NCBI GenBank assembly: GCA_050187355.1 | Contig: JBFWXO010000005.1 | Span: forward strand, 18,502-82,501 | Length of the DNA stretch: 64,000 nt | Direction of reading: 5' to 3' | Source of the DNA: Vicinamibacterales bacterium | GTDB lineage: Bacteria; Acidobacteriota; Vicinamibacteria; Vicinamibacterales; UBA2999 | Shown here: positions 27,303 to 36,087 of the stretch, one piece after another | Layout: each line of letters opens with the position of its first letter | Numbering within the stretch: the first letter of the stretch is position 1 | Made by a program: the position numbers and the translations under genes | Notes under the pieces: model-generated | Database searches by the model: none | The model's input: only the letters and a program-made list of their open reading frames with translations | What the model was told of the DNA's origin: nothing

Positions 27303-29272
27303 TACCCCTGTTCGTCCGCGTACTGCTCCTTGAGGCGGGCGACGACCGCCGGGTCGGCGAGGGTCGTGGTGTCGCCCAGCGCCTTGCCCTCGGCGATGTC
27401 GCGGAGCAGTCGCCGCATGATCTTGCCCGACCGCGTCTTGGGCAGGTCGGCGGCGAAGATGATGTCGTCCGGCCGCGCGATGGCGCCGATCTTCTGGGCG
27501 ACGTGCGCCTTGAGCTCGTCCGCCAGCGCCTCCGACGTCGCCACGCCTTCCTTCACGGTCACGAAGGCGGCGACGGCCTGGCCCTTGATCTCGTGGTGGC
27601 GTCCCACCACCGCCGACTCGGCCACCTTGGGGTGATCGACGAGCGCGCTCTCGACCTCCATCGTCCCCAGGCGGTGACCCGCCACGTTCAGCACGTCGTC
27701 CACGCGTCCGAGCAGCCAGAAGAACCCGTCGTCGTCGAGCTTCGCGCCGTCCCCCGTGAAGTAGATGCCCCCGGGCCACCGGCTCCAGTACTGCGCCGCG
27801 AAACGCTCCGGATCCCCGTAGATGCCGCGGAGCATCGACGGCCACGGGCGCGTCAGCGCCAACAGGCCGCCGCCCACGGGAATGGGCTGTCCCTTGTCGG
27901 TCAGGATCTCCGCGGTGATCCCCGGAAACGGCCGCGTCGCCGATCCCGGCTTGGTGCTCGTGATGCCCGGAAGCGGCGTGATGAGGATGGCGCCGGTCTC
28001 GGTCTGCCACCACGTGTCCACGATGGGACAGCGCTCACGGCCGATGTGGAGGTGGTACCAGATCCAGGCCTCGGGATTGATCGGCTCGCCGACCGAGCCC
28101 AGGAGCCGCAGCGACGACAGATCCCGTTTCGCCGGCCAGTCGGTGCCCCACCGCATGAACGCCCGGATGGCCGTCGGCGCGGTGTAGAACACGGTGACGC
28201 CGTAGCGCTCGACGATCTCCCAGAAGCGATCCTTCTTCGGCCAGTCGGGCGCCCCTTCGTACATCAGGACGGTGGCGCCGTTGGCCAGCGGGCCGTAGAC
28301 CACGTAGCTGTGCCCGGTCACCCAGCCGATGTCGGCCGTGCACCAGTAGACGTCGTCCTCCTTCAGGTCGAAGACCCACTTCGAGGTCGCGTACGTGCCC
28401 GTCAGGTAGCCGCCGGTAGTGTGCACGATGCCCTTCGGCTTCCCCGTCGTGCCCGACGTGTAGAGGATGTAGAGCATGTCCTCCGAGTCCATCGGTTCCG
28501 GCGGGCACTGGTAGGACGCTTCGTCCATCAGCTCGTGGTACCAGTGGTCGCGGCCGGCCTTCATGTGGACGCGCAGGTCCGCGGCGCCGCGCTTCACGAC
28601 GATCACGGACGTGATCGACGGCGTCTGCTCGAGGGCCTCGTCGGCCATCTGCTTGAGCGGCACGATGCTGCCGCGGCGATACCCGCCGTCGGCGGTGACG
28701 AGCACCTTGCAGGCCGAGTCGTTGATGCGATCCCGCAGCGACTCGGCGCTGAACCCGCCGAAGACCACGCTGTGCACGGCCCCGATGCGGGCGCAGGCGA
28801 GCATCGCGATCGCCAGTTCGGGCACGAGCGGCATGTACAACGCCACGCGGTCGCCCTTCACGACACCCCGCGCCTTCAGGACGTTGGCGAACTGGGACAC
28901 CTGGCGGTACAGCGCGAAGTACGTCAGCGTGCGCCGCTCGCCGGGCTCGCCTTCCCAGATGATGGCCGCCTTGTTGCGCCGCGGGCCGCGGATGTGGCGG
29001 TCGACGCAGTTGACGCTGGCGTTGAGCGTGCCGCCCACGAACCACTTGGCGTACGGCGGCGTCCACTCGAGCGTCTTGGACCAGGGCGTCATCCATTCGA
29101 GCTCCCGGGCGAACCCTTCCCAGAAGGCCTCGGGATCCTTCGCGGCGCGCTCGTACACGGCGGGGTCGTTCACGTTGGCCGCAGCGCGGAACGCCTCCGA
29201 CGGCTCGAACCTCCGGTTCTCGCTGAGCAGGGCGTCGATCTCGGGTGTGGTCTTGGAGGACTGGTCCGACAT
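27302..29272 (-). CDS. acs: acetyl-CoA synthetase (acetate--CoA ligase)
   Basis: 656 aa. [34 protein letters not shown]..., [14 protein letters not shown]-binding motif, full-length Acs architecture. Confidence 0.95.
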   Translation of the reverse strand: MSDQSSKTTPEIDALLSENRRFEPSEAFRAAANVNDPAVYERAAKDPEAFWEGFARELEWMTPWSKTLEWTPPYAKWFVGGTLNASVNCVDRHIRGPRRNKAAIIWEGEPGERRTLTYFALYRQVSQFANVLKARGVVKGDRVALYMPLVPELAIAMLACARIGAVHSVVFGGFSAESLRDRINDSACKVLVTADGGYRRGSIVPLKQMADEALEQTPSITSVIVVKRGAADLRVHMKAGRDHWYHELMDEASYQCPPEPMDSEDMLYILYTSGTTGKPKGIVHTTGGYLTGTYATSKWVFDLKEDDVYWCTADIGWVTGHSYVVYGPLANGATVLMYEGAPDWPKKDRFWEIVERYGVTVFYTAPTAIRAFMRWGTDWPAKRDLSSLRLLGSVGEPINPEAWIWYHLHIGRERCPIVDTWWQTETGAILITPLPGITSTKPGSATRPFPGITAEILTDKGQPIPVGGGLLALTRPWPSMLRGIYGDPERFAAQYWSRWPGGIYFTGDGAKLDDDGFFWLLGRVDDVLNVAGHRLGTMEVESALVDHPKVAESAVVGRHHEIKGQAVAAFVTVKEGVATSEALADELKAHVAQKIGAIARPDDIIFAADLPKTRSGKIMRRLLRDIAEGKALGDTTTLADPAVVARLKEQYADEQG

Positions 29273-29449
29273 GCGCCCGATTCTATCCCCGTGGCTGCGC
29301 GCTCCGACACGTTCCGGCCCGAGCCGCGCCTCCTGGCCCGGCGTCCGGCCTCCCGCGCGCCGCGCCGGACCTATACGTCCGGGCCCGCGGGCCGATAGAC
29401 TTGACGTCCCCGGACCGCCGTCCCCTGGCTGGCCTGGGGACGGTCTCGA

Positions 29450-31090
29450 ATGGCCACGGTCCCCAACGGCTCACCTGCCGCGCGAGCGCGTGGCCGCCTG
29501 CCCGTCTACGTCTTCGCCGCAGCCGCCTTGGGCGCCCTGATCCACGCCCTGCCGCTCGTCGCGGCGCTCGCGACCACGCCCGACGGCTGGCACTTCACCG
29601 GGATCCACCAGAACAGCCCGGACCTGATGCAGTACCGGCAGTGGTTCCGGCAGACGCAGATCGACGGGCCGGTCATCACGAACGTTCTCACCCCGGAAGC
29701 GAACCGCCCGCACCTCCTGGTGCTGTTCGCGTGGGTCGTCGGCACCATCGCCGCGTGGCTTGGCGTGTCCGGCGAGGCCGTGTACGCCTGGGGCGGCTGC
29801 TTGCTGGCCGTCTGGTTCGTGGTCCTGCTCTATCGGATCGTCGAGGCGACGGTGCCGCGCCCCGGCCACCGCGTCTGGATCTTCGCGGCCCTGTTCGGCG
29901 GCGGCTTCGGCGGCCACCTCAAGCTCCTGCTGCGCTTCGAGGCCGTTCGGGCGCTTCCCGGCGTGCGGGCGTCACTCTACGAGCCGCTCACGCGGTATCT
30001 GCTGTTCGAAGACTTCCGCGGGCACTTCATCTTCACGACGTTCTACGACTCGCACTTCCTGCTGCACTGGTGCCTGGCCTGCTGGGCCGTGCTTGCCCTG
30101 CTCCGGCAGATCCAGCGGCCGTCGCCAGCCCGCCTCGCGACGGTCGCCGCCCTGTTCGCCCTGACGACGCTCGTGCACGTGTACTCCGGGATCACGATTG
30201 CCGCCGTGGCCGTGTGCATCGCCCTGACCTGCTACGTCCAGCGCGTGTCGGCGGCGACGGCCGTCAGGGCGTGCGGCGCCGCCGTGTTCGCGTCGGTCGT
30301 CGCGGTGGGCGTCGTCGCGCTGCTCCTGAGCCGGGCCGGCATTCCGATCTCGCCCTGGCGCGACCCGGTGATGCTACCCGCGATCGTGCTGGTGGCGTAC
30401 CCGCTGGCCCTGGGGTTCTTCCTGTGGGGCCTGCCGCGGCTCCTCCAGGCGCCGTCGCTCGAGACGTGCGTCCTGCTGGGCTGGGCGTTCGGGTGCCTGG
30501 CCGTGACCTTCAGCGGGCCCTTCTACGCCTATCCGGACCGCGGCGTCCTGACGCTGCAGATCCCCCTGACGATCCTCGGGGGGCTCGTCTACTTCCGGGA
30601 CCGCGCCCGGCCGACCGCGGCAGCCGTCGCCGTGGCCGTGTTCGTCATGGCGGCTACCCCGGCCTGGTCGGTCGGCAGGGTCGTCGGCAGTTCCACCTTC
30701 ACGCCGGAGTCGCCGGCGAAGTTCCAGAACGCGGACTACCAGAAGATCGTGGACGCGGCGCGGCGCACGGCCTCGCCCGCCGACCTGCTCCTGGCCGACG
30801 AGGGTTCGCTGCTCTGGCTGGCCCCTGACTACCCGGGCCGCAACTACTCCGCGCACTTCTTCCTGACGGTGGACTACACCCGCCGACAGGAGGAAGTCAC
30901 GGCGTTCTACCGCGGCGACGACGTCCAGCGCGCGGCGTTCCTCCGGGCGCAGGGCATTTCCCAGCTCTTCGTGCCCGCCCGATACGGACCCGACGGCTTT
31001 GCCGGCATCGCCGGCCTGCGGGTAATCGAGGCGTCGAGCGTCGGCACGTTGTTCTCGTTCGCGCCTCCCCGTGAAGGAGCGACGCCATGA
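29450..31090 (+). CDS. polytopic membrane protein, GT-C-like (putative polyprenyl-phosphate-sugar-dependent glycosyltransferase); family not recognised
   Basis: 546 aa with more than 10 hydrophobic helices followed by a soluble C-terminal domain of about 120 aa. ATGA overlap with the following GT39-like gene. The function is inferred only from topology and neighbourhood. Confidence 0.55.
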   Translation: MATVPNGSPAARARGRLPVYVFAAAALGALIHALPLVAALATTPDGWHFTGIHQNSPDLMQYRQWFRQTQIDGPVITNVLTPEANRPHLLVLFAWVVGTIAAWLGVSGEAVYAWGGCLLAVWFVVLLYRIVEATVPRPGHRVWIFAALFGGGFGGHLKLLLRFEAVRALPGVRASLYEPLTRYLLFEDFRGHFIFTTFYDSHFLLHWCLACWAVLALLRQIQRPSPARLATVAALFALTTLVHVYSGITIAAVAVCIALTCYVQRVSAATAVRACGAAVFASVVAVGVVALLLSRAGIPISPWRDPVMLPAIVLVAYPLALGFFLWGLPRLLQAPSLETCVLLGWAFGCLAVTFSGPFYAYPDRGVLTLQIPLTILGGLVYFRDRARPTAAAVAVAVFVMAATPAWSVGRVVGSSTFTPESPAKFQNADYQKIVDAARRTASPADLLLADEGSLLWLAPDYPGRNYSAHFFLTVDYTRRQEEVTAFYRGDDVQRAAFLRAQGISQLFVPARYGPDGFAGIAGLRVIEASSVGTLFSFAPPREGATP

Positions 31091-32766
31091 GCGCCGCCGA
31101 GCCCGGCCGGCGGGCGCCGGTCTCCGGGCGCGAATGGGCCGTCGTCGCGGCCATCCTGATCCTGGCGTTCGCGCTGCGGACCTGGCGGCTCGACACCGCG
31201 TCCATCGACCATTACGACGAAGGGGTCTATGCCTTCTCGGCCCTCGGTCTCAGCCACGCGGGAGGCTCCCTCCACCCGGAGCAGCGGAACTCGCCGGCGC
31301 TCCACTCGTGGGTAACGAGCGTCGCCTTCCGGCTGGCCGGCGCGTCCGACCTCGTCATGCTCGCCGTCAATGCGGGGCTGGGCACGATCACGGTCGGCCT
31401 GCTGTGGTTCCTGGCACGGGGATGGTTCGGAGCCGGTCCCGCGATCGGCGCGGCCGCGCTTCTCGCGCTCAACGACTATCACGTCGCCCTGTCCCGGTCC
31501 GGGCTGACCGACCCCTTGTTCGGGCTGCTGTTCGTGCTGGCGCTCGGGGCGACGATGGCGGCGCTCGAGCGCCCGGCGGTCGGCCGGGCCGTGCTGGCGG
31601 GCGTGGCCGTCGGGCTCGCCTGGAACACGAAATACCACGGGTGGCTGTCGGTCGTGGTCGTGACGAGCGGCCTCGTGCCGTTTGCCATCGGCCGCGGGTG
31701 GCGCCTGAAGGAGTACGCCGTGGCGGTCCGGCAGCTGGCCATCATCACGGCCGTCGCCCTCGCCTGCTACCTGCCGTGGATGCTGTATCTCATCGACGCG
31801 TTCGGCGGCTACGGCGCCATGGCCAAGTACCAGACGTCGTTCCTCAGCCGCAACTGGCCCGGCAACTTCCTCCGGCAGGCGGCGCAGCAGATCTACTTCG
31901 ACGGCGCGCTCACGCGGATCTCCCTGCCCGCGGCCGCCGTGGCCATGGCGGCGGTGGGCCCGGTCTGGCCGTCGTCGGCACGCTGGCTCGGCGCGGTGGC
32001 GGCGCTCGGCCTGGCCAGCGTCGTGGTGGGCGGGACGCCGGTGACGTGGGCGCTCACGGCAGCGGCGATTCCGGTGCTGATGGCCGGAGGCCGCCTGGCC
32101 ACGTGGACGCTGCTGGCGTGGGGCGCCATCTTCCTGGCGCTGACGCCGGCCTACAACCCGTACGCCCGACTCGTCCTGCCGTTCACCATGGCCACCGTGC
32201 TGGCGTCGGCGTACGTGCTCGCCAAGGCGCCGATCTGGCACGGCGCGCCGTCGGACTCGAAGCCATGGCTGGCCGTCCCTGCCGCCGCCGTGCTGCTCAT
32301 CCTCGTGGCCGTCGGCGCCATCGCCGCCGACCGGAACGACCCGGCGTCCCGCTGGCGGGACACCCGATCGCTGCCTCGGGCCGCCGCCGCCATCGCGGCG
32401 CGGGTGGAGCCAGGCGCCCGCGTGTTCGTCGTGGGCGAGGCGGCGCTCGCGTTCCATCTCGAGCTGGCGGGCCTCGACGCACTCCGGGGGTTCGAGCAGT
32501 TCGACGTGCTGGAGAAGGACACGCGCGAGCAGTACGTCGTGACCGGCTTCTACACGAAGGGCGCGCCGTCGCTCAGGGACGGGCTGACGCGCCTGAGTCC
32601 GCGCCTCGAGCGGCTTGGCGCCTACGAGTTCGTGCCGACGGACTTCCGGCTGCTCGACAGCTTCCGCCCGGACGCCGCGCGCGCGTTCCTGCGCGCTCCC
32701 GACGATCGCTACGCGCTCACGCTCTACCGCTATCGGCCCGGCGTGCCGCTCCCGGCGGCCCCGTAG
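31087..32766 (+). CDS. glycosyltransferase family 39/83-like (ArnT/PMT-type GT-C membrane glycosyltransferase)
   Basis: 559 aa. N-terminus ...REWAVVAAILILAFALRTWRLDTASIDHYDEGVYAFSALGL... is typical of PMT_2/ArnT-like enzymes (first-loop D-E motif). Many TM helices. Confidence 0.72.
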   Translation: MSAAEPGRRAPVSGREWAVVAAILILAFALRTWRLDTASIDHYDEGVYAFSALGLSHAGGSLHPEQRNSPALHSWVTSVAFRLAGASDLVMLAVNAGLGTITVGLLWFLARGWFGAGPAIGAAALLALNDYHVALSRSGLTDPLFGLLFVLALGATMAALERPAVGRAVLAGVAVGLAWNTKYHGWLSVVVVTSGLVPFAIGRGWRLKEYAVAVRQLAIITAVALACYLPWMLYLIDAFGGYGAMAKYQTSFLSRNWPGNFLRQAAQQIYFDGALTRISLPAAAVAMAAVGPVWPSSARWLGAVAALGLASVVVGGTPVTWALTAAAIPVLMAGGRLATWTLLAWGAIFLALTPAYNPYARLVLPFTMATVLASAYVLAKAPIWHGAPSDSKPWLAVPAAAVLLILVAVGAIAADRNDPASRWRDTRSLPRAAAAIAARVEPGARVFVVGEAALAFHLELAGLDALRGFEQFDVLEKDTREQYVVTGFYTKGAPSLRDGLTRLSPRLERLGAYEFVPTDFRLLDSFRPDAARAFLRAPDDRYALTLYRYRPGVPLPAAP

Positions 32767-32824
32767 CCGGCCGCGCCGGGGGGTATCCGCCGAGCCCTCC
32801 CGGGCCCGCGAGCGTGCCCGGCGC

Positions 32825-33757
32825 CTAGAGCGCCTGAATGAACTCGCGCATCCGTGCGCGCGCGCGGTCGTCCGGCAGGCGCCCCAACGCCGTCGCCGCG
32901 TTCTCGGCCATGTGGCGCGGGTTGCTGGTCTCGGTCAAGACGGCGGTCACCGCCGGATTCGACAGGATGTATTTCAGCGAGAACTGCGCCCAGGTGGTGC
33001 AGCCCACCTCGGCGGCCCATGGCGGCAGCGGAGTCCCTTCGAGGCGCTTGAAGTAGGCGCCGTTCATGAACGGCCGGTTCACGAGCACGGCGACGCCGCG
33101 GTCGGCCGCCAGAGGCAGGAGCCGGTCCTCCGATGCGCGCTCGGTGATCGAGTAGTTCACCTGCGTGAAGTCCGGCCGCTCCGTCTTGAGGAACCGTTCG
33201 AGGGCGTCGTGGAGCCGCGGCTCGGCCACCGTGACGCCGATGTAGCGCGCTTCGCCGGCCTCCTTCCAGGCCTTGAGGCTGGGCCAGTGCGTGTCCAGGT
33301 CCGTGAGGCTGAAGATCTGCACGAGGTCGATCGTCGTCCGCCGGTAGGCCCGGAGCGCCTCGCGGAACTGCGCCACGCCGGCCTCCCGGCCGGTGCGGTC
33401 GATCTTGGTCGTGACGAACAGGCGATCGCGAAGGTCCGGCTCGTCGAGGACGGCGCCGAACCGGCCGTCGTTCGCCGCGTTCCGCGGCCAGGTGTCCACC
33501 ACCTTCCCGCCGCCCGCGACGAGGGCCCTGAGCACCTGCCGCACGGGGTCCTCGCCGTTCCTGGCGATCTCCTCGACGACCTTGCTCGATCCGAGGCCGA
33601 TCACGGGCAGCCGCTCGCCCGTCGACGGCACGGCCCGCGTCGGCATGCCCGCCTGCGCGAGCCCGGCGTTCCCCGCCAGGCCCGCCGCCGGCACCGCCGC
33701 CAGGAGCGCCAGCAGCTCTCGCCGGTTCACGCCGGACGACGACGCTCGATCGGCCAT
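32825..33757 (-). CDS. aldo/keto reductase with twin-arginine (TAT) signal peptide
   Basis: 310 aa. SSGVNRRELLALLAAVPAAGLAG...AQA TAT-type leader, then AKR blocks (LPVIGLG..., DTWPRN..., LFVTTKI...). Confidence 0.85.
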   Translation of the reverse strand: MADRASSSGVNRRELLALLAAVPAAGLAGNAGLAQAGMPTRAVPSTGERLPVIGLGSSKVVEEIARNGEDPVRQVLRALVAGGGKVVDTWPRNAANDGRFGAVLDEPDLRDRLFVTTKIDRTGREAGVAQFREALRAYRRTTIDLVQIFSLTDLDTHWPSLKAWKEAGEARYIGVTVAEPRLHDALERFLKTERPDFTQVNYSITERASEDRLLPLAADRGVAVLVNRPFMNGAYFKRLEGTPLPPWAAEVGCTTWAQFSLKYILSNPAVTAVLTETSNPRHMAENAATALGRLPDDRARARMREFIQAL

Positions 33758-33844
33758 GGCCCCTCCTCTGGTCTTCTCTGGAACAGCGTCAGCGTGACAC
33801 CGGTGGAGCGTGGCGGCGTGCTCCGCCAGCCCCCTACAGGACCG

Positions 33845-35158
33845 CTAGTCGTAGTACTCGCGCCCCAGGTGGGTGATGAGCTCTTCGCCCTTCAGGTACC
33901 GCAGCGTGTTCTTGAGCTTCATCAGCTGGATGAAGAGGTCGTGCTCCGGATACACCTCGGGAGCGTGCATCGGCGCCTTGAAGTAGAAGGACAGCCACTC
34001 CTGGATGCCGTGCATGCCCGCGCGCTTGGCCAGGTCGAGGAACAGGGCGGAGTCGAGGACGATGGGCGCGGCCAGAATCGAGTCCCGGCACAGGAAGTTG
34101 ATCTTCAGCTGCATCGGGTAGCCGAGCCAGCCGAAGATGTCGATGTTGTCCCAGCCTTCCTTGTTGTCGCCCCGCGGCGGGTAGTAGTTGATGCGGACGA
34201 CGTGGGAGATGTCCTTGTAGAGCTCGGGGTAGAGCTGCGGCTGGAAGATGTAGTCGAGCGCGCTCTTCTTGCTCTCTTCCTTGGTCTTGAACGACTCGGG
34301 ATCGTCCAGCACCTCGCCGTCGCGGTTGCCCAGGATGTTCGTGGAGTACCAGCCCCGGACGCCGATCATCCGGGCCTTGAGGCCGGGTGCGATGATCGTC
34401 TTGATGAGCGTCTGGCCGGTCTTCATGTCGTTGCCGGCCACGGGGGCCTGCGTCCTGGCCGCGAGTTCCAGCATCGCCGGGACGTCCGCCGTCAGGTTCG
34501 GCGCCGCGTTGGCGAACGGGATGCCTTCCTTCAGCGCCGCGTAGGCGTAGACCATCGACGACGGAATCGCGACGTCGCTCTTCGCCAGCCCCTTCTCGAG
34601 GGCCGCGAGGGAGCGGTGCACGGGCGCCTGCTTCATGAACACTTCGGTGCTGCCGCACCAGACCATGACCAGGCGCGAGCACTTGTGCTTCGCCTTGAAG
34701 GCGCGGATGTCGGCGATGACCTGCTGGGCCAGGTCCATCTTGTTCTTGCCCTTCTTCACGTTCGGGCCGTTCAGCCGCTTGACGTAGCGCTGATCGAACA
34801 CGGCGGGCATGGGCCGGATGGCCTCCATCTCCTTGCGCACCTTGTCGAGCAGCGACGGCTCGAGCACGCCGGCCGTGCGGGCGGCGGCGTAGGTGTCCTC
34901 TTCGAAGATGTCCCAGCCGCCGAAGACGATGTCGTTCAGGCTGGCGAGGTCCACGAACTCGTTGATCTTCGGCGAGCGGTTCTCGGTCCGCTTGCCCAGC
35001 CGGATGGTGCCCATCTGGGTCAGCGAGCCGATCGGCTGCGCGAGGCCCTTCCGGATGGCGAGGACGCCGGCGATGGTGGTGGTGCTGACGGCGCCGAGGC
35101 CCACGAGCAGGACGCCGAGTTTGCCCTTGGCAGGGGCGATCTGTACGGGTGTTTTCAC
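33845..35158 (-). CDS. ino1: myo-inositol-1-phosphate synthase
   Basis: Contains ...KGKLGVLLVGLGAVSTTTIAGV...NDIVFGGWDI...SRLVMVWCGSTE...NLTADVPAM...AGNDMKTGQTLIKT... The track ORF has a 175-codon non-homologous N-terminal extension. GTG at 35158 (VKTPVQIAPAKGKLGV) is my best guess for the start. Confidence 0.88.
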   Translation of the reverse strand: MKTPVQIAPAKGKLGVLLVGLGAVSTTTIAGVLAIRKGLAQPIGSLTQMGTIRLGKRTENRSPKINEFVDLASLNDIVFGGWDIFEEDTYAAARTAGVLEPSLLDKVRKEMEAIRPMPAVFDQRYVKRLNGPNVKKGKNKMDLAQQVIADIRAFKAKHKCSRLVMVWCGSTEVFMKQAPVHRSLAALEKGLAKSDVAIPSSMVYAYAALKEGIPFANAAPNLTADVPAMLELAARTQAPVAGNDMKTGQTLIKTIIAPGLKARMIGVRGWYSTNILGNRDGEVLDDPESFKTKEESKKSALDYIFQPQLYPELYKDISHVVRINYYPPRGDNKEGWDNIDIFGWLGYPMQLKINFLCRDSILAAPIVLDSALFLDLAKRAGMHGIQEWLSFYFKAPMHAPEVYPEHDLFIQLMKLKNTLRYLKGEELITHLGREYYD

Positions 35159-35237
35159 CGGGGAAATATAGCATGGCGGCTCATGCGCGCCCGGTCCGCG
35201 TACGCCCCGCCTCGCGCGGAACGCGGGTGCTGCGACT

Positions 35238-35798
35238 ATGATGGCGCGCATGTTCAAGTTCTTCCGCCAGCCCGCCATCGATCCGCTGCAGGTCGCGATG
35301 ACCGGCGTGAAGATGGGCGAGAAGGTCGTGGTCGTGGGGTGCGACGACGGCCTCCTGCTCGGGGGACTCGGCGCGAAGACGGGCCTGAGCGGCGCGATGG
35401 CGGCGGTGGTGTTCGACGAGCACCAGGCGGTCGCGGCCCGGCGCGCCGCCGCGCGCGAGGGCTTCCTCCTGGACCTGACCGTCGCCAAGGACGAGACCGT
35501 CGCCATCGACGGCGACGCGTTCGACATGGTCGTGGTCGACGACACACGAGGCGGCTTCGCGAACCGCACGCCCGAGGCGCGGGCCGCGATCCTCCGCGAG
35601 GCGCATCGCGTGCTGCGCCCGCATGGGGGCCGCATCGAGGTCGTCGAGGGCCTGGGATCGAGCGGGCCGTTTTCCAAGGCCACGGGCCGCCCGGCGGGCT
35701 ACGCCGCGACGACGGACCTGGAGCGCGCGGGCTTCCGGCCCGTCCGTGTGCTGGCGGAAGTCACGAACTTCAGGTTCGTCGAGGGCCTGAAGGTCTAG
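35238..35798 (+). CDS. class-I methyltransferase-fold protein with degenerate SAM motif (function uncertain)
   Basis: 186 aa. ...GEKVVVVGCDDGLLLGGLG...FDMVVVDD...AHRVLRPHGGRIEVVE resembles a Rossmann methyltransferase, but motif I is atypical. Confidence 0.5.
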   Translation: MMARMFKFFRQPAIDPLQVAMTGVKMGEKVVVVGCDDGLLLGGLGAKTGLSGAMAAVVFDEHQAVAARRAAAREGFLLDLTVAKDETVAIDGDAFDMVVVDDTRGGFANRTPEARAAILREAHRVLRPHGGRIEVVEGLGSSGPFSKATGRPAGYAATTDLERAGFRPVRVLAEVTNFRFVEGLKV

Positions 35799-36087
35799 CC
35801 CGCCACGCCGCGCCGCCTGCTCGAGCTGGTGTCGATTTCCTGAACACCCTGTCGAATTGTTCGACACCGGCCCGATGCGCAGTCCCGCATCGGCGCCCGG
35901 CCGTCCCGGGCTTCGTCCCCCTCCTGCCGCCGCCGGTCCCACCTCGCGTCCGCGATCCCCCGCGGCCGATCGCGGGTGCACACCCTGTCCTCGCCGCACG
36001 TTCGGGCACGCGGTCTGCAGTGGACGCGGGCAGCGCGCGACTCCCCCGCGCGTCCGTTCACACATCAGCATGGGAGACAGAGGGATC

